Of a stretch of 64,000 nt of DNA, positions 27,477 to 41,720 are shown piece by piece. This DNA comes from Eledone cirrhosa (Eukaryota). The notes below the pieces were generated by a model. That model did not search any database. It was not told the DNA's origin and was given only the letters and a program-made list of their open reading frames with translations. Location: NCBI GenBank assembly GCA_964016885.1, contig CAXHJY010001028.1:22330-86329 (forward strand), written 5' to 3'. The position numbers were made by a program, and so were the translations under genes. Positions within the stretch are counted from its first letter, which is position 1, and each line of letters starts with the position of its first letter.

Positions 27477-27998
27477 CGTTTCTGAATTTGTTTAGCAAGA
27501 TTCATTATCTGAAAACGTGTGTTGAAACCGATATTGTTATACTTTGGTAGGGTCATGTTGCCAATAAGAAACACACGCATCAGTTGCTTTCACTTCAATT
27601 TATTATAATAAATTTATAAATTTAGGAATTTATAAATTTCCGGTTGGTTGGTTGGTTCCACAACCAGATGGTTGTTTATATATTGTCAAAGTTCTTTCGT
27701 CACACATTCTGTGACCTCTTCAGTGACTGGGGATTCTTTTCTTTGTTTTTTCTTTTGTTCTGTGCTACGCCATCTTGGATGGCGTAGGACAGAACAAAGC
27801 AGAGGCAAAGGAAAGGCACAGAATGTGTGACGATAGAACTTTGACAATATATAAACAACCATCTGGTTGTGGAACCAACCAACCAACCGGAAATTTATAA
27901 ATTCCTAAATTTATAAATTTATTATAATAAATTGAAGTGAAACAACTGGTGCGTGTGTTTCTTATTGGCAACATGACCCTACCAAAGTATAACGATAT
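27476..27998. mobile_element. Fold-back hammerhead element (family C) in (TA)n
   Basis: About 180-bp near-perfect inverted arms 27531-27713 / 27817-27998 with an internal hairpin at 27752-27799. Second copy of the outer arm at 42928-43135 and a fragment near 47482-47508. Confidence 0.8.
27685..27727 (-). ncRNA. Minimal hammerhead ribozyme in the left arm of a 470-bp palindrome (family C)
   Basis: Minus strand: gtca-CUGAAGA-g gtcac agaatgt gtgac-GAAA-gaac-UU-tgac. Confidence 0.7.
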
Positions 27999-28084
27999 AT
28001 ATATACACCTATATAATTAGAAAGTGAACAACACAATATAGAACTACTCCATTACGAAAGGTTTCAGGATCCTAGACAATATTA

Positions 28085-28121
<37 letters not shown>

Positions 28122-28264
28122 AGAAAGAGAGGGGGAGAGGGGAGAGAGTGAGAGAGGAGAAGGAGGAGGAGGAGGAGATAGAGAGAGAGAGAGAGAGATG
28201 TTTATCCCCGGTTCAATCAGGGGCAACTACAGTAAGAAGCCATTTCTATATATATAAATATATA

Positions 28265-28325
<61 letters not shown>

Positions 28326-28330
28326 ATATA

Positions 28331-28570
28331 TAACGAAGGAGTTGTGGTAAGGAACCAGATGGACCATAACGCACCAGAGTACTCAATACTTAAGGTAGTA
28401 GAGTGGGTAATAGGAGAAAGTATGACTCCGACGGCAGAGCTCAAGCCATTTCGACAACTTGAGCTCTGCCGTCGGGGTCATACTTTTTCCTATTACCCAC
28501 TCTACTACCCTAAGTATTGAGTACTCTGGTGCGTTGTGGTCCATCTGGTTCCTTACCACAGCTCCTTCGT

Positions 28571-28572
<2 letters not shown>
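28331..28572. mobile_element. Fold-back element (family B) carrying the 3' half of a hammerhead
   Basis: 115-bp inverted arms 28331-28445 / 28458-28572, both ending in TA repeats. Minus strand has GAAA-tggc ttgagctct gccg-UC; no CUGANGA. Confidence 0.75.
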
Positions 28573-28604
<32 letters not shown>

Positions 28605-28765
28605 TATATATATATATACACACACACACATATATATACATATACACACACACACATATATATATATATACACACACACACATATATGTATATGTATACA
28701 CACGCACATATCTATTAATATATCATATATATATATATATATATATATTTAGAAAGATAGATAAA

Positions 28766-28955
28766 AAAAAGCGAAGTAGTTTCAGATGTTAAAGTCCTTT
28801 AATGATAATGCTGTGATACATATTTCAATGACGACAGTGGCCACACGGTTCGGTACGCCCAGTGCCGTGACACCATCAGACAGCTGTCGTCATTGAAATG
28901 TGTATCACAGCATTATCATTGAAGGACTTTAACATCTGAAACTACTTCGCTTTTT
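28766..28955. mobile_element. Fold-back element (family D) with a variant hammerhead on the minus strand (28810-28884)
   Basis: 72-bp inverted arms 28766-28837 / 28884-28955. Minus strand: gctgt-CUGAUGG-(stem II acggcactgg/ccactgtcgt)-GAAA-tatgta-UC-acagc. Confidence 0.65.
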
Positions 28956-29039
28956 CTTATTCGATATATACTCCGTCACTCCTATGTGGAAAAAGTACGC
29001 TGAGTGCTTGAATTGAATTGCATCAATGTTTACCTTAAG

Positions 29040-29135
<96 letters not shown>

Positions 29136-29467
29136 ATATATATATCATATGGTCAAAAAGGACTCAGTGTTTATGTTTCATATCTCTGAATATCTAAACA
29201 GAACAAAGATGGCGGCCTTTCTACTTTACTTTCACAAATAGTTTTTCGGTATTTGGTCAAAGTACGGCATGTGGGGTTATTACAGACCAACTAATGTAAA
29301 TATAACCTAACTTTTACATAGAATTGTGTACAGAACTGAGAAACAGGATATTTTGCTGTCATTGTCACATTCATATAATGGCTGTCACCGTCGCCTTCGC
29401 CAGCCACTATGGTGTGAACGTCTTCCAACATTCCACGGGCCACATGTAATCCAAACATATATATATA

Positions 29468-29628
<161 letters not shown>

Positions 29629-29649
29629 ACACACACACACATACACACC

Positions 29650-29686
<37 letters not shown>

Positions 29687-29779
29687 TTCTACTACATTGT
29701 ACCGGCGTTAAAAAATTATCGGTCTTTATTACATTTATATATACATATATACATATATATATATATGTATGTATGTATA

Positions 29780-29895
<116 letters not shown>

Positions 29896-29919
29896 GATGT
29901 ATATATCTAAAGTCTGTCT

Positions 29920-30168
29920 TAAGCCAGAATGCTCATTTGGCCGGTGCTTATCCTGGTTTCATGGCCTGAAGTGACTGAGAGTACAAGACTTCCCCCTGGA
30001 CAGGATGCTAGTCCATCCATCGCAGGGTTAAACCCCCAGCTATTGCTGCTACTCATTTTTAGCTGAGTATACTGGAGCAACGTGAAATGAAGTGTTTTGC
30101 TCAAGAACACAACACGCAACCCAGGAATCGGACGCAACACCCTTACCACTAGGCCACGTGCCTCCACT
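29920..30168 (-). mobile_element. tRNA-derived SINE
   Basis: A-box-like gtggcctagtggtaag, CORE-like ttgtgttcttgagcaaaacacttc, and cctgcgatggatggactagcatcctgtccagggg domain. Confidence 0.7.
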
Positions 30169-30180
30169 TATATATATATG

Positions 30181-30221
<41 letters not shown>

Positions 30222-30328
30222 GCATATATATATATATATATTCACATATATACATGCATATATATATATACATACATACATATATACATACATACGTATG
30301 TATGTATATATATATATATACAGGGACG

Positions 30329-30399
<71 letters not shown>

Positions 30400-31169
30400 G
30401 GTCTGCCACAAGTCGTTATACGATAGTATTGTATGACATAACTTGTGCGTTGAATTGAATAATCTGCAGTGGAAATATACTTTAAAATGCTATATAAATA
30501 AAGTTACTATTGAGAGGTTGGACTTGCAGACATAGGAAATAATTGTTTGAAAAAGAGAGCAGAACCTGTGTGGCTTTGTTAAGCAGAAACATATACTACA
30601 ATATCTTATTTCAATTTAACAACAATACGAGAAGTATTTCAGACTTCAGACGTGACCCGGCTTAAAGAACGCAGGGTAGGGGCGTGGTGTGGAACAACGT
30701 TATTAACCACAAGGGGTTCACATAAAAGAAACATTAAGAACGGTACATAACGTTACAGTGTGTGTGTGAAGTTGGCCAGCACTGCCAGGCTAGGGGTTTC
30801 TAGAAATTATCCATGGTCCCTGGACCGAAAGTCTTCTGGAAAAGTGTGGCTATAACAACACCAACAACAACACCAACAACAACAGCAACAATAACAATAA
30901 TAATAATTGTTTCTACTTTTGGCACAAGGCCAGCAATTACCCAGTGAGTTACTGGTACTTTATTTTATCGACCTTGTAAGAACCTCAGCAGGATCTGAAC
31001 TCAATTACTGTCAGTAATATTAACAATAAGCCCAATGAAACGACACCTGAAGCTACCCTCGTTCACCATATCAACAAATTAACTGAGATATTCACAGCAG
31101 AAAAATGTTTATCTTGCTGAGAGGTTTTAGAGAGCAGTCAATAAACGACGACCCTAAATTGTAATTCAC

Positions 31170-31772
31170 GGGGTACCTGAGTAGACCCTGGGTGGTCACC
31201 GCCTCTATTGGGGAATTTTTATTGTATTTTTCTTGTTATTTTGTTATTGTTATTTATATTGTTTACACGTTGTATATGTAAAACCCCCCACTGTCCCAGT
31301 CTTTTGTATTGTCCCCTATATGTCGGCCCTTGTGGCCAATAAAGAAACTATTATTATTATTATTATTATTATTATTGAAAAGGAAAATCAGGGTAGAGAG
31401 GAAAGTGCTCTCTTCCCAGCATTTTGTTGAAAGATGGGTGAGAAAGGCAAGAATGGCCTGAGTATGTGTCTGTAAATTAAAGGTGGAAAACTGGGAGAGG
31501 GCATTTGCCCTGGTGGTCAGGGTCACTGTGGCTTTTTAATGGGCTTTCTCCACGAATGTCCCTCGGAAGTCTTCCCCCTATTGGGGAATTTTTCATTGTT
31601 ATTTTTTTTGTTACATCCTCTGTTTTTGTTTTTTACACGCAGAAATTCCCATTTGTACCGTCCTGTATTGCCCTGTACTGTCCTTAATGTCTACTTTATG
31701 TAAACCCTTGTGGTTAATAAAGAAAGCATTATTATTATTATTATAATTTTTATTATTATTATCATTATTATT
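31170..31772 (+). mobile_element. Two tandem L1/Tx1-like LINE 3' ends with (TTA)n tails
   Basis: RKIRVERKVLSSQHFVERW C-terminal peptide at about 31381; 3' UTRs end in cttgtgg..aataaagaaa + (tta)n. Confidence 0.6.
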
Positions 31773-32002
31773 GCCATGTTTGTCGGTCATTTAGTCTCAC
31801 TAGTCTCTCATTCTTTTGACGATATTTCAAATTGAGAAAGTTTCTTTTCATCTCTTCCTACTTTACTAAATCTATTTACATACAACTCTGTCAAATTGAC
31901 TGCTCAGTCCATCTACGTGACACTAAACAAAAGACGGTATGACATGGTCCCGGGGGTAAGGACGGGGTGGGGGAGGAGAGGAAGAGAGGGAGGAGTATTT
32001 TG

Positions 32003-32004
<2 letters not shown>

Positions 32005-32033
<29 letters not shown>

Positions 32034-32430
32034 CTTCTTCTTCTTCTTCTTCTTCTTCTTCTTCTTCTTCTTCTTCTTCTTCTTCTTCTTCTTCGTCTAC
32101 TTGCCCTTGATGATGGTGATGATGGTGATGATGATGGTGATGATGGTGATGATGGTGATGATGATGGTGATGATGGTGATGATGGTGATGATGGTGATTA
32201 TGGTGATGGTGGAGATGATGATGAAAGTGATGGTGGAGATGATGATGATGATGATGATGGTGATTATGGTGATTATGGTGATGGTGGAGATGATGATGAT
32301 GATGATGATGGTGATGATGGTGATGGTGATGATGTTGATGATCATGATGATGATGAAGGTGATGGTGGTGGTGGTGATGGTGATGGTGATGGTGATGGTG
32401 ATGGTGATGGTGGCGATGGCGATGGTGGTA
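32005..32430. repeat. (TTC)n followed by (GAT/GGT)n
   Basis: Direct inspection. Confidence 0.95.
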
Positions 32431-32513
32431 ATAACCAGTTTATGGTAGACTGTCCAACTGTGAATTAAATAAAGGAGAAGACAGTTTAGTTTAGTTTATG
32501 ACATAGTTTATGT

Positions 32514-32675
<162 letters not shown>

Positions 32676-32757
32676 GGAGGGAGAGAGACAAACATACAGT
32701 ATATTGATATATATACAGCCAGTATTAATAATCATATTCTAACCGGACTGGTTTTTA

Positions 32758-32790
<33 letters not shown>

Positions 32791-32974
32791 CAGTAGTAGT
32801 AGTAGCAGTAGTAGTAGTAGCAGTAGTAGTAGTAGTAGCAGCAGTAGTAGTAGCAGTAGCAGTAGTAGTAGTAGTAGTAGTAGCAGTAGTAGTAGTAGTA
32901 GTAGCAGCAGTAGTAGTAGTAGTAGCAGCAGTAGTAGTAGTAGTAGTAGTAGCAGTAGTAGTAGTAGTAGCAGC

Positions 32975-33006
<32 letters not shown>

Positions 33007-33058
33007 CAGTAGTAGTAGTAGTAGTAGCAGTAGTAGTAGTAGTAGTAGTAGTAGCAGC

Positions 33059-33096
<38 letters not shown>

Positions 33097-33274
33097 CAGC
33101 AGTAGTAGTAGTAGTAGTAGCAGCAGTAGTAGTAGTAGCAGTAGTAGTAGTAGTAGTAGCAGCAGTAGTAGAAGTAGCAGCAGCAGTATTAGTAGTAGCA
33201 GTAATAGTAGTAGTAGTAGTAGTAGTAGTAGCAGCAGTAGTAGTAGTAGCAGTAGTAGTAGTAGTAGTAGCAGC

Positions 33275-33318
<44 letters not shown>

Positions 33319-34000
33319 CAGTAGTAGTAGTAGTAGTAGCAGCAATAGTAGTAGTAGCAGCAGTAGTAGTAGTAGTAGTAGTAGCAGTAGTAGTAGTAGT
33401 AGTAGTAGTAGTATTGGCAGTAGTAGTAGTAGTAGTAGCAGTAGTAGTAGTAGTAGCAGCAGTAGTAGTAGTAGTAGCAGCAGTAGTAGTAGTAGTAGTA
33501 GCAGCAGTAGTAGTAGTAGTAGCAGCAGTAGTAGTAGTAGTAGTAGCAGCAGTAGTAGTAGTAGCAGCAGCAGTAGTAGTAGTAGTAGCAGCAGTAGTAG
33601 TAGTAGCAGTAGTAGTAGTAGTAGTAGCAGTAGTAGTAGTAGTAGTAGCAGCAGTAGTAGTAGTAGTAGTAGTAGTATTGGCAGTAGTAGTAGTAGTAGT
33701 AGCAGCAGTAGTAGTAGTAGCAGTAGTAGTAGTAGTAGTAGCAGCAGTAGTAGTAGTAGTAGCATCAGTAGCAGCAGTAGTAGTAGCAGCAGTAGTAGTA
33801 GTAGTAGCAGCAGTAGCAGTAGTAGTAGTAGTAGTAGCAGCAGTAGTAGTAGTAGTAGCAGCAGTAGTAGTAGTAGTAGTAGTAGTATTGGCAGTAGTAG
33901 TAGTAGTAGTAGCAGCAGTAGTAGTAGTAGCAGTAGTAGTAGTAGTAGTAGCAGCAGTAGTAGTAGTAGTAGCAGCAGTAGCAGCAGTAGTAGTAGCAGC

Positions 34001-34032
<32 letters not shown>

Positions 34033-34212
34033 CAGCAGTAGTAGTAGCAGCAGTAGTAGTAGTAGTAGTAGTAGTATTGGCTTCACTATAATTAAGTCAA
34101 TGGAATGGTAGAGCCAGGATGTTGGCTTTGGTCATAAGCCGAACTAATAATATATCTTAGATTTGTGGGGGGGAGGGCAGTTGGAATATCTACCTTGACA
34201 TAGGTATTGGTG

Positions 34213-34244
<32 letters not shown>

Positions 34245-34245
34245 G

Positions 34246-34289
<44 letters not shown>

Positions 34290-34290
34290 G

Positions 34291-34337
<47 letters not shown>

Positions 34338-34338
34338 G

Positions 34339-34382
<44 letters not shown>

Positions 34383-34416
34383 GGTGGTGGTAGAAGTAGT
34401 AGTAGTGGTGGTGGTG

Positions 34417-34457
<41 letters not shown>

Positions 34458-34563
34458 GGTGGTGGTAGAAGTAGTAGTAGTGGTGGTGGTGGTGGTAGAA
34501 GTAGTAGTAGTAGTAGAAGTAGTGGTGGTGGTGGTGGTAGAAGTAGTAGTAGTGGTGGTGGTG

Positions 34564-34610
<47 letters not shown>

Positions 34611-34656
34611 GGTGGTGGTAGAAGTAGTAGTAGTAGTAGTAGTGGTGGTGGTGGTG

Positions 34657-34739
<83 letters not shown>

Positions 34740-34790
34740 GGTAATAGTAGTAGTAGTAGTAGCAGCAGGCAGTGGTGGTGGTGGTGGTGA
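32758..34790. repeat. (TAG/CAG)n and (GTA/GTG)n arrays separated by a about 130-bp unique spacer
   Basis: Direct inspection. Confidence 0.95.
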
Positions 34791-35311
34791 TTGTGAAAGT
34801 GATTATTATGATGATGATGATGATGTAATCTAAAAACGAAAAGAACGAAAATAAAATGTCTCCTTACGAAATGACACTAAATCTTGGATTAATGGATGGA
34901 TTGGCTGTCTGTCTGTCTGTCTTGGTGTCTATCAATCCCTCTCTTTCCTTTACTCACTCTTTCTCTCTTTCTCTCTCCTTATCTCTCTCTCTCCCTCTTT
35001 CTCTTATACACACTCACTCTCTCTCTCTCTGAGATGAAGATTACAGAGAATCAATCACTTCCCCTTCCTCTTCAGCTTCATTTCTTCCTCCTACCCGCCT
35101 CCCTCTTTATACCCCCCCTCCTCTCTCCTGCTGTCAGTCACTAAGCCATTCCACCCGGGGGGGTGGGGGTGGGGGTGTAGATGCAATTTAACTCTACATC
35201 AACCCCAACATTCAAACACGTGCACCAACTTGCGCCCCCCATTGTACTTCTACACATACATGCACATACATACATACATACATACATACATACATACATA
35301 CATACATACAT

Positions 35312-35344
<33 letters not shown>

Positions 35345-35645
35345 TACATACACACACACACGCAAGTGAGTTTCACCTGTTTGTCACAGGGTCATTAGAC
35401 AAGAACTCTCTCTCTATATATATATATATAAATATATATGTGTGTGTATGTATATATGTATATATATAAATATATATATCATCATCATCGTTTTACGTCC
35501 ATTTTTCCACGTGGATTAGACGTGTTGTCCTGTTGTGGGCAATGCCAGGTCAGGTGACCATGTGTTGCTCATACAAAACTGATATTGGCTTGATTTCTAC
35601 AGCTGGATGCCCTTCCTAACACCAACCTCATTTATATATATTTTA

Positions 35646-35677
<32 letters not shown>

Positions 35678-35779
35678 TGTATGTATATATATATGAATAT
35701 ATATACATACATACACACCAGCGAATTACTGGTGGTGGTACCAATATAAGAACACACACACATATACATACATATATAC

Positions 35780-36186
35780 ATGGTGGCTGCCGACTCGTCT
35801 TCGAGTACGGCCACTACTTTATATCCATGTAGGAGAACCCCTACCGATGCGCTGAACAAGTGTGACTTTTTAGTCCAGCCAGCGACTTGAAAACTCTGGT
35901 ACAAACACTACACTTGTGACAATTATTGACACATAGTGCTGGGCCAATGGTACCATGTGACGACAAGTGCAGAGAGATCTCCAGATATAAAGCAATGCCT
36001 GTGCCGTGAAGCTTTTATAGTGAGCAAAGGCACTGCACAAAGCCAGTCCCACTCTCTTAACCAAGATGATATTTACCAAAAAGAAGAACAAGTCAACATC
36101 ATTGGATACCATCAGGGTTGCAGGTGTTATATCAGAGTTTTCCTTCTCCTAGAATTCTGCCTTGACAAAGGCTAAGGGGTCATCTC
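35780..36186 (-). mobile_element. About 610-bp repeat, copy 3, truncated at one end
   Basis: Reverse complement of the last about 405 bp of copies 1 and 2. Confidence 0.85.
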
Positions 36187-36657
36187 ATACATACATACAT
36201 ACATACATACACACATACATACATACATACATACATATATACGTACATACATACATAACGGACGACTGAGAAATGAACAAAAATGTCTCTACATGGGTCA
36301 CTTTAAACTCGTTGACCTTTCAACGTTGACCTTCGTCCCCTAAAATCAAACATGAGCAGCATTAATCAACTATCTGACGGAGCGGGAGCATGAACGAAAT
36401 CGTAGAGAAGTTTCCACCAAGCTGCCAAATATAATTGTTATGTAGGAACACGAAGTCATGTTAAAAATTTACATAGCCGTCACACAACTGTCATGGCGGT
36501 GCTTTGTCAGACTTGTTTGAACGTTGGATAGAATGTTTCGGGGATTGTTCGTTGCTGCTCTTTGCTCTCAACTGTCTGAGTTCAAATCCCGCCTATATCA
36601 ACTTTTACTTTCATCCTTTCGACGTCCATAAAATAAGTACCTGTTTACTACTGGAGC

Positions 36658-36698
<41 letters not shown>

Positions 36699-36837
36699 GA
36701 AGAAATCTGTTGTGTTCAGTTCTAGAGCAGATTTTAAAAACGCTCAACCTACTTTTATATCTCTACAGCTCCTTTACGTCTTCACCAGGAGTTACAGATA
36801 TATACATATATACATATATATACATATATACATATAT

Positions 36838-36877
<40 letters not shown>

Positions 36878-37075
36878 ATCAACAACAACAATGGCCTCAG
36901 CTTGTCTGCTGTAAAAACGTAATAGAGTAAAACCAACACCACCACCACCAACAACAACAACAGCACATACAACAGCAACAAACTTGTTATTTTCCTGATA
37001 CAGGTTCTTATCAACCAAACATTAAAACTATTTCCGGTAACGTGATATAAGTATATATATATGTGTATATATATA

Positions 37076-37128
<53 letters not shown>

Positions 37129-37163
37129 TATATATACACATATATATATATATGTATGTATAC

Positions 37164-37377
<214 letters not shown>

Positions 37378-37485
37378 ACATATATATATATATGTGTGCG
37401 TGTGTATGTATGTATACATGTGTGTGTATGTGTGTGTGTGTGTGAATCTGACAAGTGACTGCAATACTCTTAGTGTGAGTTTGCA

Positions 37486-37552
<67 letters not shown>

Positions 37553-38886
37553 GGAGAAAATATAAGCCGCCAGGTGTCACTAGGTGTTGTTAGGTGTTGT
37601 TAGTTGTCACTAGATGTCGCTCAAATTCTACCTCCACCAACACCACCCCCTCCTCTACCTTACCCTAGCCACCACACCGCCCCGTCTCACACTCGTACTG
37701 TTTAATAGCCTCAGGTATTTAAGTACTGGTTCGGTGTCTTGTTCGAGTTGGACATTATATAGACACATACACACACTACATACATACACTACATATACAT
37801 ACACACACTACATACACACTACATACATACACTACATATACATACACACTACATACATACACACACTACATACACACTACATACACATACACACTACATA
37901 CACATACACACTACATACACACACTACATACACATACACACTACATACATACACACACTACATACATACACACACTACATACACACTACATACACATATA
38001 CACTACATACACATACACACTACATACATACACACACTACATACACACACTACATACACATACACACTACATACACATACACACTACATACACATACATA
38101 CACACACACACACACACACACTACACACACACACACACACTACATACATACACTACATACTTACACGGGCACACACAGACACACGTATGTATATATATAT
38201 ATATATATATATATAAACTCACACATGCACACATACATACACTGGTACATGTACCCCCCCCCCCCCCCCCTCACATAAGTACTTGACACGAGGACCCGTT
38301 TCTCTCTCTCTCCTCCCACACAACAATACTCAGACCTGGTCCCTCAACCAGGGTTGATGGGATACCTTGCTTTACAAGGGGCCCCCTTTTATAACATCTC
38401 ACCTCTCCACTCAGCCAGTGTCATATTCTCTGTAACAGGGCAGCTGGGGTGATGGGGATGGTGGTGGTGGTGTTGGTGGTGGTGGTGGTGTTGGTGATGG
38501 TGGTGATGGTGGTGGTGCTTGTGGTGTAGTGGTGAGGGTGGTTGTGATGGTTGTATTGGTTGTAACTGTGGTGTTGGTGGTGGTGGTGGTGGTGGTGGTG
38601 TTGGTGGTGGTGGTGGTGGTGGTGGTGGTGGTGTTGGTGTTGGTGTTGGTGTTGGTGGTGGTGCTAGAGATTGCGTGATGGTAGTTGTGCGCCCTCTAAT
38701 CTGGATGTGTATATATATATATATATGTAGGAGGTGAGTTTTATTGTAGTACAATAAAGCAATGCAGATATCGGATAAGTAGCATTCTACAGTTTGTAGG
38801 ACTGGAGTATAAATAATATATAAGATCATGTTAATTTAAAACTGCACTATTCACAAGTGTGTTTTAACCTTCATATCATGTCTCCC

Positions 38887-38957
38887 TATTTTATCTGACG
38901 AAAACGCAAATGTTATTACATGATGATATTTGTTTTTGAAATGCGCATAATAAAATA
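38887..38957 (+). ncRNA. Type I hammerhead ribozyme in a TA-flanked element (about 38727-38990)
   Basis: tattttat-CUGACGA-aaacgcaaatgttatt acat gatgatatttgttttt-GAAA-tgcgca-UA-ataaaata. 8-bp stem I, palindromic stem III. Confidence 0.85.
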
Positions 38958-38989
38958 CATGGAACTCTTTTAACCATCTTTTGATCTTA

Positions 38990-39044
<55 letters not shown>

Positions 39045-39054
39045 AAAAGATTAA

Positions 39055-39215
39055 GAGCCCCGACGGCTGAGCTCCGGGCGTTTCGACAGCTAGATGTTCG
39101 GATCTAGCTAGCTGTCGAAACGGCTAGAGCTCAACCGTCGGGGTCCTGAACTTTTTCCTATTACCCACTCTACTACCCCAAGTATCGAGTACTCTGGTGG
39201 GTTATTTTTACCACA
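39055..39215. mobile_element. Family B fold-back copy
   Basis: ccccgacgg...tttcgacagctag / ctagctgtcGAAAcgg ctagagctcaa ccgUCgggg, followed by ttttcctattacccactctactaccc as in 28331-28572. Confidence 0.7.
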
Positions 39216-39816
39216 CCCTATCTGATGTTAAGACCCTCTTCCTGCTATATCAAGGCTTAACCTAATATATCCCTTCTATATACTGTACCGATTGTGTTGT
39301 TATTTCTGTTTACTTTTTATATACACATATATATATATATATATATATCATTTTTTATGATTTAGTGTTCAAGAATAAAAACTAATGATAAAATTTAAAT
39401 ATATTTTTAAAATGTGGTTCCCTCGAGATTGTCTGGCCCTAAGCTATAGTTTATTTAGCTTCTAGGTAAGTCCAACACTGCATACATAACTAAAATATTT
39501 GGTGTTGTTATATTAATAAATTCACTGACTTGCAATAAAATCTTCCACCGTTGTTAGTTGTAATATTCTATTAAAACTTTCTCACCCTTACATAACTATA
39601 ATATTTGCTACATTTAGTTATGTTAAATAAATATTTACTTAATAAACATTGAAGGTATGTATTTCTACGAGATAGATCTGTAAAGAACGCTGCAAAGTTT
39701 TGCACAACTTCAATCCTTTTATAGTAAAGGACGTTGGAGTGGCAATAATTCTTTATACATACATACATACATACATACATACATACATACATACATACAT
39801 ACATACATACATGCTT

Positions 39817-40117
39817 AAGAGGGTCGACTGGAAAGTTCATTGGCTGACTAAGAAGGAGTGATGCTAGAGGTGTGAAATCTTGCATGCATAGTGGGAAATT
39901 ATGCTGAAAAATTATTTGTTGAAAAATTAACCTCATTTGGTCATTCCATGAGAGTATCTTGGTCATAGGCTGACTACGAAAGAGTGATGCTAGTGCTGTG
40001 AAATCTTGCATGCATTAATATCAACTCTTTTTATTAATAACTGCATTGTTTAAGAATGAACCTCATTTGGTGATTCCATGAGAGTATCTTGGTCAGTTTA
40101 TGAACTTTTCACCCTAT
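39817..40117. mobile_element. Mariner-like MITE with internal duplication
   Basis: Imperfect TIR gagggtcgactggaaagttcattggctgac / gtcagtttatgaacttttcaccct; about 130-bp internal repeat. Confidence 0.5.
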
Positions 40118-41254
40118 GTGATGGTAAAACAAGACATATCTGAAAAAATAAAACCACTCGGAACGCTCTCCAGAAACGGGGGGGGGGGGGGGGGGTAATA
40201 CTGTTTCTGGTGCCATCATCTCTTCCGGTTGTGACGTAACTTTTACCATCCCATCCCCCATCTCTCTCTCTCTGTCTCTCTCACTGCCTCTCTCTCCCTC
40301 TCTCCCTCTTTCTCACCCATATCTCTCTCACTCTCTCTGCACCTCTCTCTCTGTCTAAATCTCTCTATCTACATCTCCCTCAATCTCTCTCCCTTCCCCT
40401 CTCTTTCTCAATCTACCTCCCCTCTTCCTCTCTCTCTCTAGTCCATGCAACCTCCACCTAAAAGAAATACATCACTATTAATATATAAAAAAATGTTTCA
40501 TATTTCATTGTTTGGCAGCCATTGTCGTCTGCCTGTCCTTCCATTTTCAAAAAGGCTGTTACAACGACCTTCCATCACTCCCCCGCACACATATACCCAA
40601 ATACATACATACATACATACATACATACATACATGCATGCATGCATGCATGCATACGTGCATGCATACATACATACATGTATACATACATACATACATGC
40701 ATGCACGTATGCATGCATACATACATATATACATCATACATACAAACGTACATAAATACATACTTACGTACATACATAGATACGTACGTACATATATACA
40801 TACATAAACATACATACAGACAGACAGACAGACATATTTTAACACCTCATTCAAATAAAAAAAAAAGGAATATATTTCTTTTTTTTTTCCACCTTTAATT
40901 TCTCGCCTTTTCCTTCTACTCCTTCTTCCATCACCACCACCATCACCAACACCACCACTTCCTCCCACTACTACCACCATCACAGCCACAACCACCACCT
41001 CCCACTACTACTCCTTCTTCCACCACCATCACCAACACCACCACTTCCTCCCATTACTACCACCATCACAGCCACCATCACCACCTCTCACTACTACTAC
41101 TACTACTACCACCACCACCACCACCACCACCACCACCACCATTTCTATTGTTGTTCTTCATGTTCTCATTATTTGTTTTTACTTTGTCCTTCCTCAATAT
41201 TTCTTCATTTTCACAGAATTCATCTCAAACCCAGCGTCCTTTTCTTAAACTCAC

Positions 41255-41464
41255 ATCTCTCTCTCCCTCCCTCTTTCTCTCTCTCACATTCGCTCTCTCT
41301 CCCTCCCTCTTTCTCTCTCTCACATTCCCTCTCTCTCCCTCTTTCTCTCTCTCACATTCCCTCTCTCTCTCTCCCTCTTTCTCTCTCTCACTTTCCCTCT
41401 CTCTCTCTCCCTCTTTCTGTCTCTCACATTCCCTCTCTCCCTCTCTCCCTCTTTCTCTCTCTCA

Positions 41465-41551
<87 letters not shown>

Positions 41552-41720
41552 ACATTCCCTCTCTCTCCCTCTTTCTCTCTCTCGCATTCCCTCTCGCTCT
41601 CCCTCTTTCTCTCTCTCACATTCTCTCTCTCTCTCCTTATTCTCTCCCTTCCCCCCTCTCTCTCTGTCTCTCTCTCCTTACTCCCCCTACCCTCTCTACT
41701 ATCTCTCCCTCCCTCTCTCT
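41255..41720. repeat. (CT)n-rich polypyrimidine array
   Basis: Direct inspection. Confidence 0.9.
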
